A DNA stretch of 64,000 nucleotides from Octopus bimaculoides (taxonomy: Eukaryota): positions 29,591,777 to 29,655,776 of the forward strand of contig NC_068990.1 of NCBI RefSeq assembly GCF_001194135.2. Direction: 5' to 3'. A program made the translations under genes and the position numbers. Each line of letters starts with the position of its first letter. The first letter of the stretch is position 1. Shown piece after piece: positions 34,738 through 47,995 of the stretch. Below the pieces are notes generated by a model that had not been told where the DNA came from, did no database searches, and saw nothing but the letters and a program-made list of their open reading frames with translations.

Positions 34738-36193
34738 GTAAATATAGGAAGCTAAATAGAGCTTCTTCCTTCTTTTAATTCCTCTTCTTTGTCCTTGATG
34801 GAGACATTATTGTTTTTATTGTTGTTATTATTATTATTATTATAAATAAGGTGGTGAGCTGGCAGAATTGTTAGCACACCGGGCAAAATGCTTCACGGCA
34901 TTTCATCCGTCCTTGGTCGACTTTGCTTTCATCCCCTTTGGGGTCGATGAATTAAGTACCAGTTGCATACTGAGGTCAAGCTAATCAACTGGCCTCCTCC
35001 CGCCCAAATTTCAGGCCTTGTGCCTAGATGTAGAAAGGATCATTACTATTGTTGTTGTTGTTGTTGTTGTTGTTGTTATTAAGGCAGTGAGCTGGCAGAA
35101 CCGTTAGCACACTGGACAAAATGCCTCATGGTATTTCACCCATTGCTACGTTCTGAGTTCAAATTCCACCAAGGTTGACTGTGCCTTTCATCCCATTTGG
35201 GGTCGATAAGATAAGTACCAGTTAAATACTGGGCTTGATGTAATCGACTAGTCCCCTCTCACCAAATTTCAAGCTTTGTGCCTTTAGCAAAAAGTATTAT
35301 TGTTATTATTATTATTATTATAAAGTGATTGGCATTAGGAAGGGCCTCCAGCTGTAGAAACTCTGCCAGATCAGATTGGAGCCTGGTGCAGCCATCTGGC
35401 TCACCAGTCCCCAGCCAAACCGTCCAACCCATGCCAGCATGGAAAGCCGATGATGATGATGATGATGATGATGATAAAGGTGGCAAGCTGGCAGAATTAT
35501 TAGCATACTGGACAAGATGCATGATATGAGTTCAAATTCCGCCAAGGCCTATAAAATAAGTACCAGTGGAGCACTGGGGTTGATGTAATCGACTTAGCCC
35601 TTCCCCTGAAATTGCTGGCCTTGTGCCAAAATTTGAAGCTGTAGATGTGAGCTCCATGCTGGTAGCACATGAAAAAGTACCATCCAAACATAGCCAATGC
35701 CAGTGCCACTTTGACTGGCTTCTGTGCCGGTGGCACGTAAAAAGCACCATTTGATCGTGGTCGATGCCAGCTCCTCTGGCCCCTGTGCCAGTGGCACATA
35801 AAAAACACCCACTACACTCTTGGAGTGGTTGGCGTTAGGAACGGCATCCAGCTGTAGAAAAACTGCCAGTCAGATTGGGGCCTGGTGTAGCCTCCTGGCT
35901 TCCCAGACCCCAGTCAAACCGTCCAACCCATGCCAGCATGGAAAACGGACGTTAAACGATGATGATGATTGTTATTATTAAGGTGGTGAGCTGGCAGAAC
36001 TGTTAGCATGCCAGACAAAAAGCTTAGTTGCATTTCGTCTATATTTATGTTCTGAGTTCAAATTCTACCGATGTTGACTTCACCTTTCTTCCTTTTGGGG
36101 TCAATGAAATAAGTACCAGTTATGCACTGGGGTCGATGTAATCGACTAGCCTCCTCCTTCAAAATTTCAGGCCTTGTGTTTATAGTAGAAAGG

Positions 36194-36228
<35 letters not shown>

Positions 36229-36542
36229 CACCGCTTATGTGGTGGTAACACTCATTCACAACTATCACCTGATGTCAAGGCAAAGAGACACAGACACTCA
36301 CACACACCCGCACACACACACACACACACATACAATGAGCTTCTTTCAGTTTCTGTTAGTCTACTAAATCCACTCACAAGGCTTTGGTTGGCCTGAGGTT
36401 AAAGTAGAAGACACTTGCCCAAGGTGCCACACAGCAGGACTGAACTTGAAACCTCCTGGTTGAGAAGCATACTTCTTAACCACACAACCATGCCTTCCCA
36501 TATTTCATTTTACACAAATATTATGACTGTTATTTCTTGCAG

Positions 36543-36612
36543 GTTCTGCCATAGGCCTACCGGCACCCCTTGTTCTTTTAGAAGGAATTAAAACAGAACG
36601 GTCAAATTCCGA
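36543..36612 (+). CDS. INTS10: INTS10 exon 9
   Basis: ttgcag|GT (G)SAIGLPAPLVLLEGIKTERSNS GA|gtaagt. Matches VPLVLLED. Confidence 0.9.
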
Positions 36613-37642
36613 GTAAGTCTATTTTATGATTTTTTGTCTATTATATTTCAAAATTTTGTTAGTTTTCATTTCCTTATTCATTCATTTAAGACTTCAGGTG
36701 GCAAAAATTGGTGGAGCATTTAGCAAAATGCTTAGGTCCAATGCTTTACATTCTGAGTTCAAAACCCACCAAGATCAATAAAATAAATTCTAGTTAAGGA
36801 TTAAATCAACTCTTTTCATACCAGCCTGTCTGAAGATCAACTCTGGTTTTATGATACAAACTTTGTTCCAAAATTATCTGAACCAATGTTTTACAACCAT
36901 CTTTTTACCTATGTACACCTTGGATTACTATATTGTTCTTGTGCACCTCTACAGCCCTTCAGTGTTTAAAAGCTAGTTTTATAGATACTTCTTTCAGAAT
37001 TCCTATTTTGTTATTCACACATTCACTCGTGTAGGTTTTCAAAGAACATGTTTCAGGGGCCAGAAACATGTTGAACTACGGAAGGTATAAGAGAAAGAAA
37101 TCAAGCTGTTTCTGGCATTAAATACATCTGAAGCTTGGTCCCATGTTGGGGACACGTAAAAAGCACCATTCGAGCGTGGTCGTTGCCAGTGCCACCTGAC
37201 TGACTCCTGTGCTGGTGGTACGTGAAAAGCACCATTTGAGCGTAGTCGTTGCCAGTGCCACCTGACTGACTCCTGTGCCAGTGGCATGTAAAATGCAACC
37301 ACTACACTCTCGAAATGGTTGGCATTAGGAAGGGCATCCAGCTGTAGAAACTTTGCCAGATCAGATTGGAGCCTGGTGCAGTCTTCTGGCTTGCCAGCCC
37401 TCAATCAAACCGTTCAACCCATGCCAGCATGAAAAACTGGGAACAAGGAGTTAAAGTATATACAAGTATGAGAAAGGGGTGAACAGTTTCGTTCTTGTAG
37501 AGGAGCTGAGCATTTTAATATAATCTATTATCTTTCATCATTATCATCATCGTTTAACGTCCACCTTCCATGCTAGCATGGGTTAGACGATTTGACTGAG
37601 GACCGGTGATTCAAATGGCTGCACCAGGCTGTAATCTGCCTT

Positions 37643-37676
<34 letters not shown>

Positions 37677-37816
37677 TGAAAATTAAATTATTAATTACTC
37701 TGGCTCTTTATATTTTAATTTTTCTTTCTGAATTAATAATTTTGAATTGTTTTAAATATCTTCTTTATTTAATTTTAATTCTATTTATTTATTTATTTTT
37801 TCTCGGTTTACCAAAG

Positions 37817-37974
37817 AACGAAAGTAAAGAAGCTTCGACCAGAGATTCAGACTTCTTCTTACCCTCATGTTACAGCTAGTGCTGAAATTCCAGATTCTCA
37901 AATGATCATCAATCATTTTATAATTGCTCACAAATGTTACGAATTGCTCCATTCAAACGATATTTTACAGAGAG
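37817..37974 (+). CDS. INTS10: INTS10 exon 10
   Basis: The phase-compatible acceptor is caaAG|A. Reads (E)TKVKKLRPEIQTSSYPHVTASAEIPDSQMIINHFIIAHKCYELLHSNDILQR G|gtaaga, matching FKLARESWELLYS. The 5' boundary is less certain. Confidence 0.82.
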
Positions 37975-39226
37975 GTAAGAAGAAAAAAAGGAACCTGTTT
38001 ATGGTCTCTACCCAGTTATCTCCCCTCGGTATTCCTAAACAATCCGTTGAAATGTACGCACGCACACACACATCTACTTTTATATGTAATAATAATATTA
38101 GGAATAATAATATAACACAAGAGAACGAATTTTGCCTTTCCTTACTGGCAGTTTCACTCTATATTTCTCACACACTCTATAAGGTGATGTGATTCTGTGC
38201 ATACGTGTGTGTGTGTGTGTGTGTGTTCATTTTTACGTCTGTTTTTCCATTCTAGCATGGGTTAGACAACTATGTATTGGAAAGGCATTATGCCCTTCTT
38301 GGCACTTACCCTTATCTGTTTTTTAAGTAAGGGACTTCTTATTTCACATGTCTTTCAAAGTGCAAAGTGAGTGGACAGGTTGTGGACAGCAGAAGTGCCA
38401 ACACCACAAGTGTGGCTGTGTGGTCAAGAAGCTTGATTCCTGACCACAAAGTTTCAGGTTCAGTCACACTGAATGACATTGCAGGCGTGTGTCTTCCACT
38501 GTATATATATANNNNNNNNNNNNNNNNNNNNNNNNNNNNNNNNNNNNNNNNNNNNNNNNNNNNNNNNNNNNNNNNNNNNNNNNNNNNNNNNNNNNNNNNN
38601 NNNNNNNNNNNNNNNNNNNNNNNNNNNNNNNNNNNNNNNNNNNNNNNNNNNNNNNNNNNNNNNNNNNNNNNNNNNNNNNNNNNNNNNNNNNNNNNNNNNN
38701 NNNNNNNNNNNNNNNNNNNNNNNNNNNNNNNNNNNNNNNNNNNNNNNNNNNNNNNNNNNNNNNNNNNNNNNNNNNNNNNNNNNNNNNNNNNNNNNNNNNN
38801 NNNNNNNNNNNNNNNNNNNNNNNNNNNNNNNNNNNNNNNNNNNNNNNNNNNNNNNNNNNNNNNNNNNNNNNNNNNNNNNNNNNNNNNNNNNNNNNNNNNN
38901 NNNNNNNNNNNNNNNNNNNNNNNNNNNNNNNNNNNNNNNNNNNNNNNNNNNNNNNNNNNNNNNNNNNNNNNNNNATACCTAATTAAATTAATTTAGTTTT
39001 TTCCATGCTTTCTTACATATCAGTATTATCATTCGAAACGATTGTATGGATTAAAAATTTTATAAAAACTTTTAACATCTTCTCTAATCCATGTGTCGCT
39101 GAATTTTTACTGAGAACATATATTTTTTTCGTGGTTAGATGATTCAGCATCTATTTCTAGCATATAGGAGTCCACTTTTGCTGGTCATTCCTCTTATTTT
39201 TGTATATATATGTATATATGTATATG

Positions 39227-39276
<50 letters not shown>

Positions 39277-39319
39277 ATATTATGTAGATATTGTTTCTCT
39301 TTCTTTTCTTTTAATATAG

Positions 39320-39402
39320 GTTTTATAAAGCTTTGTCAGAACTGGCAGTCTGAGACATGGTCATGGATGGCTCATTTTCAAACAGACATGTTTATTTATC
39401 AG
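39320..39402 (+). CDS. INTS10: INTS10 exon 11
   Basis: atatag|GT (G)FIKLCQNWQSETWSWMAHFQTDMFIYQ|gtaaac. Matches [27 protein letters not shown]. Confidence 0.94.
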
Positions 39403-41040
39403 GTAAACAAACAGTTCTGCTTCTTTCCTTTTCACCATTCAAGATATTTTTCTTGTTTGTCATTGACCATCTTTTGTTTGTTTTTCAATGTACAGACCTC
39501 ACCGGTGCTGGTGCCACGCAAAAGCCACCTAAGCCACCCTGTGAAGTGGTTGGCATTAGGAATAGCGTCCCATGTAGAAACCATGCCGAAACAGACCTCG
39601 GCAGTGTTGCTGTCACGTAAAAATCACTCAGTCCACTCTGTAAGGCAAATTAGGGTTAGGGTCAGGGTTTGAACCCAGAATGTAGATGTGATGAAAGAAA
39701 TGCAAAGTTGACCTCTGTGGAATTTAAACTCAGAATGTAAAGGGCACAAGATGCTGCTAAGCAGTTTTCCTAGCATGGTAATCATTCTGCCAGCTCATTG
39801 TCTTCTTAATAATAATAATAATAATAATAATGATAATTTCCAAAATGTACCCAGAATCTGAAATTTCCACCTCTGGTCACTCTTGATGTGTCCAACCCGT
39901 GCCTCTCTTTGTACAAACTATTACATGCTTGGTCTTGGGAACATCCCCCCATCCTCTGGAATCTCCACTCTACTCATTTCTCTACAAAAATATAAACAGA
40001 GCATTAACACCATCCACCTCAACACTGTCACGGGGGCTGCAAGAGCCATGAGCTCTGCCCCTCTTTACAGGGGACATCAGATAAAGACTAAAAAGTGTTT
40101 CAGAGTTAGTTTAGCTATTATTACTTCATGGTTTCGCTCCTGTAGGGCAACAAACTGGCAGAAACATTAGCACCCTGGGCAAAGTGCTTTGTAGCTTTTC
40201 ATTCCTCTTCACATCCTGAGTTCAAATTCCACCGCGGTTCACTTTGCCTCCCATCCTTTCAAGGTCAATAAAATAAGTAGCATTTGAGCACTGGGGTCAA
40301 TGTAATCGACTGGCCCCCTTCTAAATTTCAAGCCTATTGTACAAAGGATTATTACATGGTTTCACTGCTGTGCAGTGTTTACTTTTGGCTGTCAGTTTCC
40401 TCTTGTATAAACAATAAACAATGTGTGAGCTATACCTAGGGCCACAGATTGGCTCCCCTGCCGGTGACACGTGAAAAGCACCATTCAAGCGTGGTCGTTG
40501 CCAGTGCCGCCGAACAGGCTCCCATGCAGGTAGCACATAAAAACACCTTTTGAACGTGGTCGTTGCCAGAACCGCCTGATTGGCCCTTGTACCAGTGGCA
40601 CATAAAAGGCACCCACTACACTCTCAGAGTGGTTAGCGTTAGGAAGGGCATCCTGCCGTAGAAACTTTGCCAGTCAGATTGAACCTGCTGCAGCCTCTGG
40701 CTCACCAGTCCTCATTCAAACCGTCCAACCCATGCCAGCATGGAAAGCAGACGTTAAACGATGATGATGATGATGCAGATTTAGGTCCCAGTGGAGGACT
40801 GGGGGCTGTCTGGTTACTTATTCTGCATGTTTTTTACTATCATTTTCCAGTTGCCTATTATGTATTGTGGAGATTGTTTCTGTTTTCTGGCCCCACATTC
40901 TGGTTAAATCTATTTCTAGATCTCTTATATTTGACTAATTTTTTCTTTTTTCTGCAATACCGTTTCCTCTATCTCCATCATTATCATCATCATCATCATC
41001 ATTCTTTGAATTTATTGCTTACCATTTTTATTCCAATCAG

Positions 41041-41106
41041 GGTTTATTCCAAGATGCTGTGAGTAATTTACAAAATTTCCAGATTAACTTGTCAGAAAAA
41101 ATGCAA
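41041..41106 (+). CDS. INTS10: INTS10 exon 12
   Basis: aatcag| GLFQDAVSNLQNFQINLSEKMQ|gtaagt. Phase 0/0; resembles GQYKKAIASL. Confidence 0.85.
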
Positions 41107-41856
41107 GTAAGTTGAAATATTTTGGTTATAGTTTCTTATCTTATCATCACCATCATCACCATCATCATTGTCATCGCCTCTACCATCAACATCATCATCA
41201 CCATCACCACCCAACACTTCTCCCAACAAAGCCCTTCTCCTTCAATAGGGACCACCTCTAAGTGATTGGTTGGTCTCTTAAAAATTATAAATCTCCCTTA
41301 AATCATATCCTGTTATCTAACAAAACAAAACAAAACAAAAAAAGGGTCAAACACAGAGTATGTTGTAGTCCTAGGTACACTATGTATGTCTGAAAAGAAG
41401 TGGATGGTTATGACTAGAATGCTTTTTATTCTAGGACAGCTTGATCAGAATTGGCCTAGGGCTACAGGAAAATTTAAATTATCACTACCATTGCCTCCAT
41501 CACCACTACCACCAACATCACCCCATTGCCACCACTACCACCACCATCATCATCACTGCCACCCTCACCTCCACCACCACCACCACACTTTGTATGGCCA
41601 TTATTGTTGTGTTAATGAAGTTTGGCAAAGTGATAAGACCATCTTCATGTAGCTAATGTTTTACCATTTTGTTTTTGCTGCCTTTCATGGTTTGGATCAG
41701 TGAATAATGTGTGCTTGGGGTTGAATTACTTGTCAACCTGTAACATGTAGCTGTGTCCTTTTCTGCCACACCCTAGGGACAGGAAAAAAAAAACCAATCT
41801 GACTTTCAACCATTTTCATTCCAATTCAAGAATTTCCTTTTTTTCAATTGTTTCAG

Positions 41857-41910
41857 TTACGGAAATCGTTACAGCTTGCCTCCTGCTTTCATTGTTTGGG
41901 TACATATTCT
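41857..41910 (+). CDS. INTS10: INTS10 exon 13
   Basis: tttcag| LRKSLQLASCFHCLGTYS|gtaagt. Matches ALIQLATCHFALGEY. Confidence 0.9.
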
Positions 41911-41925
41911 GTAAGTTGTTGTTGC

Positions 41926-41964
<39 letters not shown>

Positions 41965-41995
41965 GATCATCATCATCATCATCATCATCATATCC

Positions 41996-42029
<34 letters not shown>

Positions 42030-43220
42030 TCATTCCACTGAAGTTGATTTTGCCTTCTATCCTTTTGGGATCAATAAAATAAGTCTCAGTTGAGCGCTGG
42101 GGTTGCTCATCTAACCCCTGCCCCCAAAATTTCAGGCCTTGTGCCTATATAATAGAAAAGACTATTATGATGTTACCTGTCTTATGATGGGTAACTTCAA
42201 AAGTATATTTTTGCCACCCTGGGTAATATCAGGAATTTCTTGGTGCTTATACAAAACAGTGAACTGAAAACCAATTTTCAAGAGAAAAGAATGTATTTAT
42301 TAAACAATAATATTTATCTCCACTTAAAAATGGGAGTTGTGTTAGAACACAAAATACTGTGTAATTTACGAGAGAAAACTCTCATTATTGACTTGTGGTG
42401 CATATAAGCACTCATGTTTATGTTGCTAGTGAGCGATAATCATCAGCTACTGCTGCCAGAACATGTGATTTTGGCTTCTAAGGCTAGACATAACAGTGAT
42501 TTCTCTATTAGCAATATATATAGAGATTTTGTTGTGTCTGGGGAGAGTCTGTCTGTTTGAATATTTTATTAATTAACATATTTACTGATTCAATTTCCAC
42601 TCATTTATTATATTTCTTTCTTAAATTTTCGTTGCTTCTTGCAACCTCTTCAATATATATGTGTGTGTATATATATAAACAAAATATATATATATAATCA
42701 CAGTGTTTATTTAGACAGTTGTGTTGCAGATAGTGATGGGTTTATTAAAAAATGATTATCATTACCATCATCATCATCATCATCATCATCATCGTTTAAT
42801 GTCTGCTTTCCATGCTGGCATGGGTTGGATGGTTTGACTTAGGACTGGCGAGCCAGAAAGCTGCACCAGGCTCCAATCTGAACTGGCAAAGTTTCTACAG
42901 CTGGATGCCCTTCCTAACGTCAACCACTCCGAGAGTGTAGTGGGTGCTTTTACATGCCACCGGCACAAGTTGAATTTCAGAACATTCCAAAAAAATCATA
43001 TCGCACCACAGCCTCATGCTGATTGGTCGATTTATGGGCCAATCACGTGAGACTGTGGTGGTTCACTAGTGTCTGGCTGAGTATCCAGCAGTAAGGTTTC
43101 AAATCACTGCTACAATGTGAAATGTTTTGTAGAATGTTTTGTAAATTTCTCCTTTTATCCTTTCTAATATTTGGGTACTTATTTTCCTCTTCTTCTTCTT
43201 CTGCTTATCATCATCATCAG

Positions 43221-43418
43221 AAAGCGTGTGAACTCTTACTCGATATCATCGGATCTCTGAAGCAGTTTTCAAACTCTGATCCCCTGACTTCAACTCATTC
43301 GATCGAAGAAGAAAGCAAAAACAAGAAACTAACCCCTGGTCGCCAGCTATGGCTGACCTTATGCACCGAGATAGAAATCCTGTCTTATTGTATACAACTG
43401 CTACTCTCTTGTTTTAAG
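43221..43418 (+). CDS. INTS10: INTS10 exon 14
   Basis: catcag| KACELLLDIIGSLKQFSNSDPLTSTHSIEEESKNKKLTPGRQLWLTLCTEIEILSYCIQLLLSCFK|gtaaaa. Matches LLPCTSKAIMPYCLHLMLACFK. Confidence 0.92.
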
Positions 43419-44148
43419 GTAAAAATCAAGATTTCTTTTTTTTTTTTAATTTTTTATTTCATTTCCTATTTTAATACTACCCTGCTCACTTCATTTCATC
43501 CACAAAATTTCATCTTCCTGTAAGCCCTTCCCCACCATACCACAATTTTACCCCCCCCCCAGTGCCATAGCCTNNNNNNNNNNACCACAATTTTACCCCC
43601 CCCCCAGTGCCATAGCCTCCTCCTCCTCCCTCTTCTCCCACTCCTACCACTACTGTTAGGTCTTCCCTTTCTCATAAATTCTTTACTTTAATTCATAGAC
43701 AGCTAAACACATAAACACCTGTGATATCCTTCATCACCTGGCTTGTAGTATTATTATTATTATTATCATTATTATTATTATTAATGTGAAGGCACATGGC
43801 TCAGTGGTTAGAGCATCGGGCTAACAACCATAAGGTAGTGAGTTTGATTCTCAGACCAGGCTGCATGTTGTGTTCTTGAGCAAGACACTTTATTTCACGT
43901 TGCTCCAGTTCGCTCGGCTTTATAAATGAGCTGCAACATCACTGGTGCCAAGCTGTATCGGCCCCTTTGCCTTTCCCTTGGATTACATCAGTGGCATGGA
44001 GAGGGGAGGATGGTATGCATGGGTGACTGCTGGTCCTCCATAAACAACCTCGCCCTGTCTTGGAGGGTAACTTTCTAGGTGCAATCCCATGGTCATTCAT
44101 GACCGAAGGGGTTCTTTACTCTTTACCCTATTATTATAATAAAATAAG

Positions 44149-44187
<39 letters not shown>

Positions 44188-45912
44188 AGACTCAAGCACC
44201 TACGTACACATATACACATGTGGCATAACTTCCGCCTACCAAATTCAATCACAAAGCTTCACTCAGCCCTGGGCTATTGCAGAAGACACTTGCCCAAGGT
44301 GCCACGCATTGGGACTGAACTCAAAACCATGTGACTAGGAAGCATGCTTCCTAACCACACAGCCATGCCTGCACCTACAAAAAATGTATGGCACGTAAAA
44401 AGCACCATCTGAATGTGGCCGATGTCAGTGCTACCTTGATTGGCTTCTGTGCCGGAGGCACATAAAAGGCACCAACCGATCATGGCCGTTACCAGCTCCC
44501 ATGGCCCCTGTGCCAGTAGCATGCAAAAAGCACCTACTACACTTACGGAGTGGTTGGCATTAGGAAGGGCATCCAGCTGTAGAAACACTGCCAGATCAGA
44601 CTGGAGCCTGGTGCAGCCTCCTGGCTTCCCAGACCCCAGTGGAACCGTCCAACCTGTGCTAGCATGGAAAACAGACATTAAACGATTATGATGATGAAGT
44701 AATGTAAGTTTTCACTCAAATTACTGAACGTTAACTAGTGTACAAAGTATACTAGTTGCTTTTTACTGTTTAAAGCTGTTGATTAGCTCTCACAGTGGAA
44801 TGTCCTCTTCATATTCTGGCATTTAGGATGAGAAAAATTTGATATCAATAGACATTATTGTCAGGATTGTGGTACAAAACCCAGTTTATAAGGCTGTGGT
44901 TCTTGTTAAGACGTTTGATCCCACATCTCCTGTCTTAGTAATTTTGTTATAACTGAAAACAGTTCTATGTTAACTACATTCAATTATTCCAGCACCTACC
45001 ATATTTTTTTGGCATACAAGTCATACGTATTTTTGTAGCATTCATTTCACACCAAAATTTACCGCCAAAAAAAAAAGGGACTTCTACACCAACATGACTT
45101 TGAAGGACCAAAAATTCCATGTGAAATGCAGCAGGATTTGGAAAGAGACTGCGTTTGAATGTCTACACTGTATGCAACATCTTCTTGTATGCCAGAAAAT
45201 ATGATACCTCTACTGGCTATAATACAAGTTTCTGTTGCTAATTCTGAGTTATTTACAGCTGTTAGCACCACAGACTTGACATTGATTGCTAGCAGAACTA
45301 TTCTATGTGTAAAGCTTGTTTTTAACTCATTTAATCATTTCACACTCTGTGGTTGCTAACAGTGTAATGTAACAATTACAGCGTATTCTATATAAAAACA
45401 CTGTTGGCAGTGAGGTTGCTAGCATTCTTGCTATATATAACATTTTAACTGTAAACCTTGTTATCAGCAAAGTAACCTTTTCATAGCACTAATACTATGC
45501 AACATTACTTGTTATGTCTTGGGAAGGTCATTATGCCAATAATAACACACACACTAGTTCAGTATCACTTCTGTTTTGTTAGACAGTTGGTTAGATATTT
45601 GCTGTGCCGGTGTCACATAAAAAGTGCTCATACCAACACCACGTAAAAGCATTTGTGCTGGTACCACGTTAAAAGTACCCAACACACACTGTGAAGTGGT
45701 TGGCATTAGAAAAGGCATCCAGCTGTAGAAATGAAACCAACTCAGTCTGGAACCTGGTGCAGCTCTCCAGCTCTGGTCAAGCCACCCAACCCATGCCTGC
45801 ATGGAAAGTTGACGCTAAAGGATGAGGATGATGATGGTTAAATATCTAACCAACAAACTAATTGATTGTTTGTTTGTCAAAGTCCTTTCGACATGATTCA
45901 TGACCTCATTAA

Positions 45913-46133
45913 CCCTTTTGTTACTGTGTTTATTTTGAGATGCTCTGTCTTTCTTTTAATTACTTTAAATATAACAAAGAATTTAGTAAAATAACTTAGT
46001 TATCATTAAGCTAGTGTTAGGAACATAAATTGTGACTAAGGTTTGGTGGAAGATTTTAATACAGAACTTATGAAAATAAGACATTTGTACTACAGAGCCA
46101 GAACCGGTTTTAACCAGGTTGGTAATGAAAGGG
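45913..46133. mobile_element. piggyBac-type MITE
   Basis: TTAA flanks both ends (45909-45912, 46134-46137). Termini are CCCTTTTGTTACT and the reverse complement CCCTTTCATTACC (10/13 match), giving CCC...GGG ends. Confidence 0.85.
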
Positions 46134-46365
46134 TTAATGATATATGCCCTCACTCTTCAAGGTCTACCTTGAGTCTGTCTGAGAATTAGTTTTATGCCTC
46201 TGTGTATGTGTAGATGTGTGGTTGCTTATAAGAGAAGAATAGGGTAAAAAATATCCCTTTATATCTTAAATTTATTACATTTCACTTATACAGTTTGCAA
46301 GTTACCTGCAAAATTTCAATAAATGTATTTTACTTTTCCCTTCTTTTTATTGCTGTTTTTTTTAG

Positions 46366-46528
46366 GAAAAAGCCTTCCAAACCCCAATGGACGACACTGC
46401 CTTAGGTCACATGATTGTATTGCTCCAATATGATTGGCCCAAAAATTATGCTGCTTTTGCAAAAGCAGTCCATTTTATTCAATCTCGAGGTAGCTTTACA
46501 TACAATATATTTTTCAACTACGTCATCA
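46366..46528 (+). CDS. INTS10: INTS10 exon 15
   Basis: ttttag| EKAFQTPMDDTALGHMIVLLQYDWPKNYAAFAKAVHFIQSRGSFTYNIFFNYVI A|gtatcctt. Matches DDMALGHVIVLLQQEWP..FFNYV. Confidence 0.95.
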
Positions 46529-46645
46529 GTATCCTTATTTTGCTACCTTATTTTTATATAAATTTCCATTCTTTTGAAATGTGTTTTTGTTTCTGAAATT
46601 TTTGATTCCATAAGGAAAATGTCTTCTTTAACCACACACCTGTAG
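46529..46645 (+). other. U12-type (minor spliceosome) GT-AG intron, 117 nt
   Basis: The 5' splice site GTATCCTTAT matches the U12 consensus RTATCCTT. The branch-point motif TTCTTTAAC at 46624-46632 (consensus TTCCTTAAC) ends 13 nt before the exon. There is no polypyrimidine tract. Confidence 0.92.
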
Positions 46646-46742
46646 ACATTGATATTTTGGAAGAATTTGCTTTTATTAAAACTGCTGAAGGTGGAAAAGT
46701 GAGCCTGGATATCTTGCCAATAAGTACAAAAGCTATTGCACA
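46646..46742 (+). CDS. INTS10: INTS10 exon 16 (last located; gene continues)
   Basis: tgtag|AC (N)IDILEEFAFIKTAEGGKVSLDILPISTKAIA CA|gtaagt. Matches [25 protein letters not shown]. No stop codon is reached. Confidence 0.95.
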
Positions 46743-47637
46743 GTAAGTTTTTTTTTTTTATTATCTAATTATGTATTATCAGAGCTAAGGTGTCTGCTCT
46801 TGGACATAAAGGTCTGAAAGCTTCTCATTAGGGCTGGGGTGGCAGAGATTTAACATGATAACAAAGCCACAGTTAGATCTAACATCCTTGTTTATCATAG
46901 TAAGATTTGAAGTCAGAACAAATACCACAAGGCATCTGGTCCCATGTCCTTACTGGTCCACCAATCAATTGATATTTTTTTATTGACCTTAAAACAACGA
47001 AAGGCAAAGTTGACGTTGAGCTCAGAACAAAGAAAGTTGGAGCAAATAGCACAAAGTACTTTGCCCGATGCTCTACCAACTCTATCAATTCACTACCTTT
47101 CTAGTTCTTAACTTTAATTTCCATGGATCTTTACTCCTCTCTAACTCCTGTCATTGGTTCTATCGGATTGGACGGATTGGGACAGGGTTGTCAGATCAAG
47201 CCAAGCCAATTCTTTCTGTCTGCACTTTGTTACCAATATTCAGAGCAGATAGCTCATTACGTTAGTGTCCCACTCTGTACTGCAGTAACTCACAAGTCCT
47301 GCTTTTTTCTATTCTCCCGTCAGCCTTGAAGGTCATGCAAAGGTTGTCGGTGTGACCCTTACTTCTCTTATAGAAAGAAACAGAAAGCTGGAAATAATAA
47401 TTTCTTATTTTGTGTATTTATTTCTCTTCTATACATACATATATATATGTATGTATATGATGATGATGGTGATGATATATATATAGTGGCTGTGTGGTAA
47501 GAAGCTTGCTTACCAACCACATGTTTCCAGGTTCAGTCCCACTGTGTGGCACATTGGGCAAGTGTCTTCTACTATAGCTTCAGGCTGACCAAAGCCTTGT
47601 GAATGGATTTGATAGACGGAACTAAAAGAAGCCCGTC

Positions 47638-47686
<49 letters not shown>

Positions 47687-47956
47687 TGTGTGTCTGTGTT
47701 TGTCCCCCACCATCGCTTGACAACCGATGCTGGTGTGTTTACGTCCCTGTAACTTAGCAGTTCAGCAAAAGAAGCTGATAGAATAACTACTAGGCTTGCA
47801 AAGAATAAGTCCTGGGGTCGATTTGTTCAACTAAAGGTGGTGCTCCAGCATGGGTGCAGTCAAATGACTGAAACAAAGTAAAAGAATATACACATATTTA
47901 TATATGAACATAAATAAACATTATACATGCATACACACATACACACACTCATGATA

Positions 47957-47995
<39 letters not shown>

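Noticed and set aside
39860-40080. Possible LINE remnant (VLRWM-like motif on the minus strand)
   Set aside because: It is a single short motif with insufficient flanking similarity.
43539-43618. Direct repeat of accacaattttac(c)nagtgccatagcct
   Set aside because: The two copies flank a 10-N gap, typical of an unmerged contig overlap.
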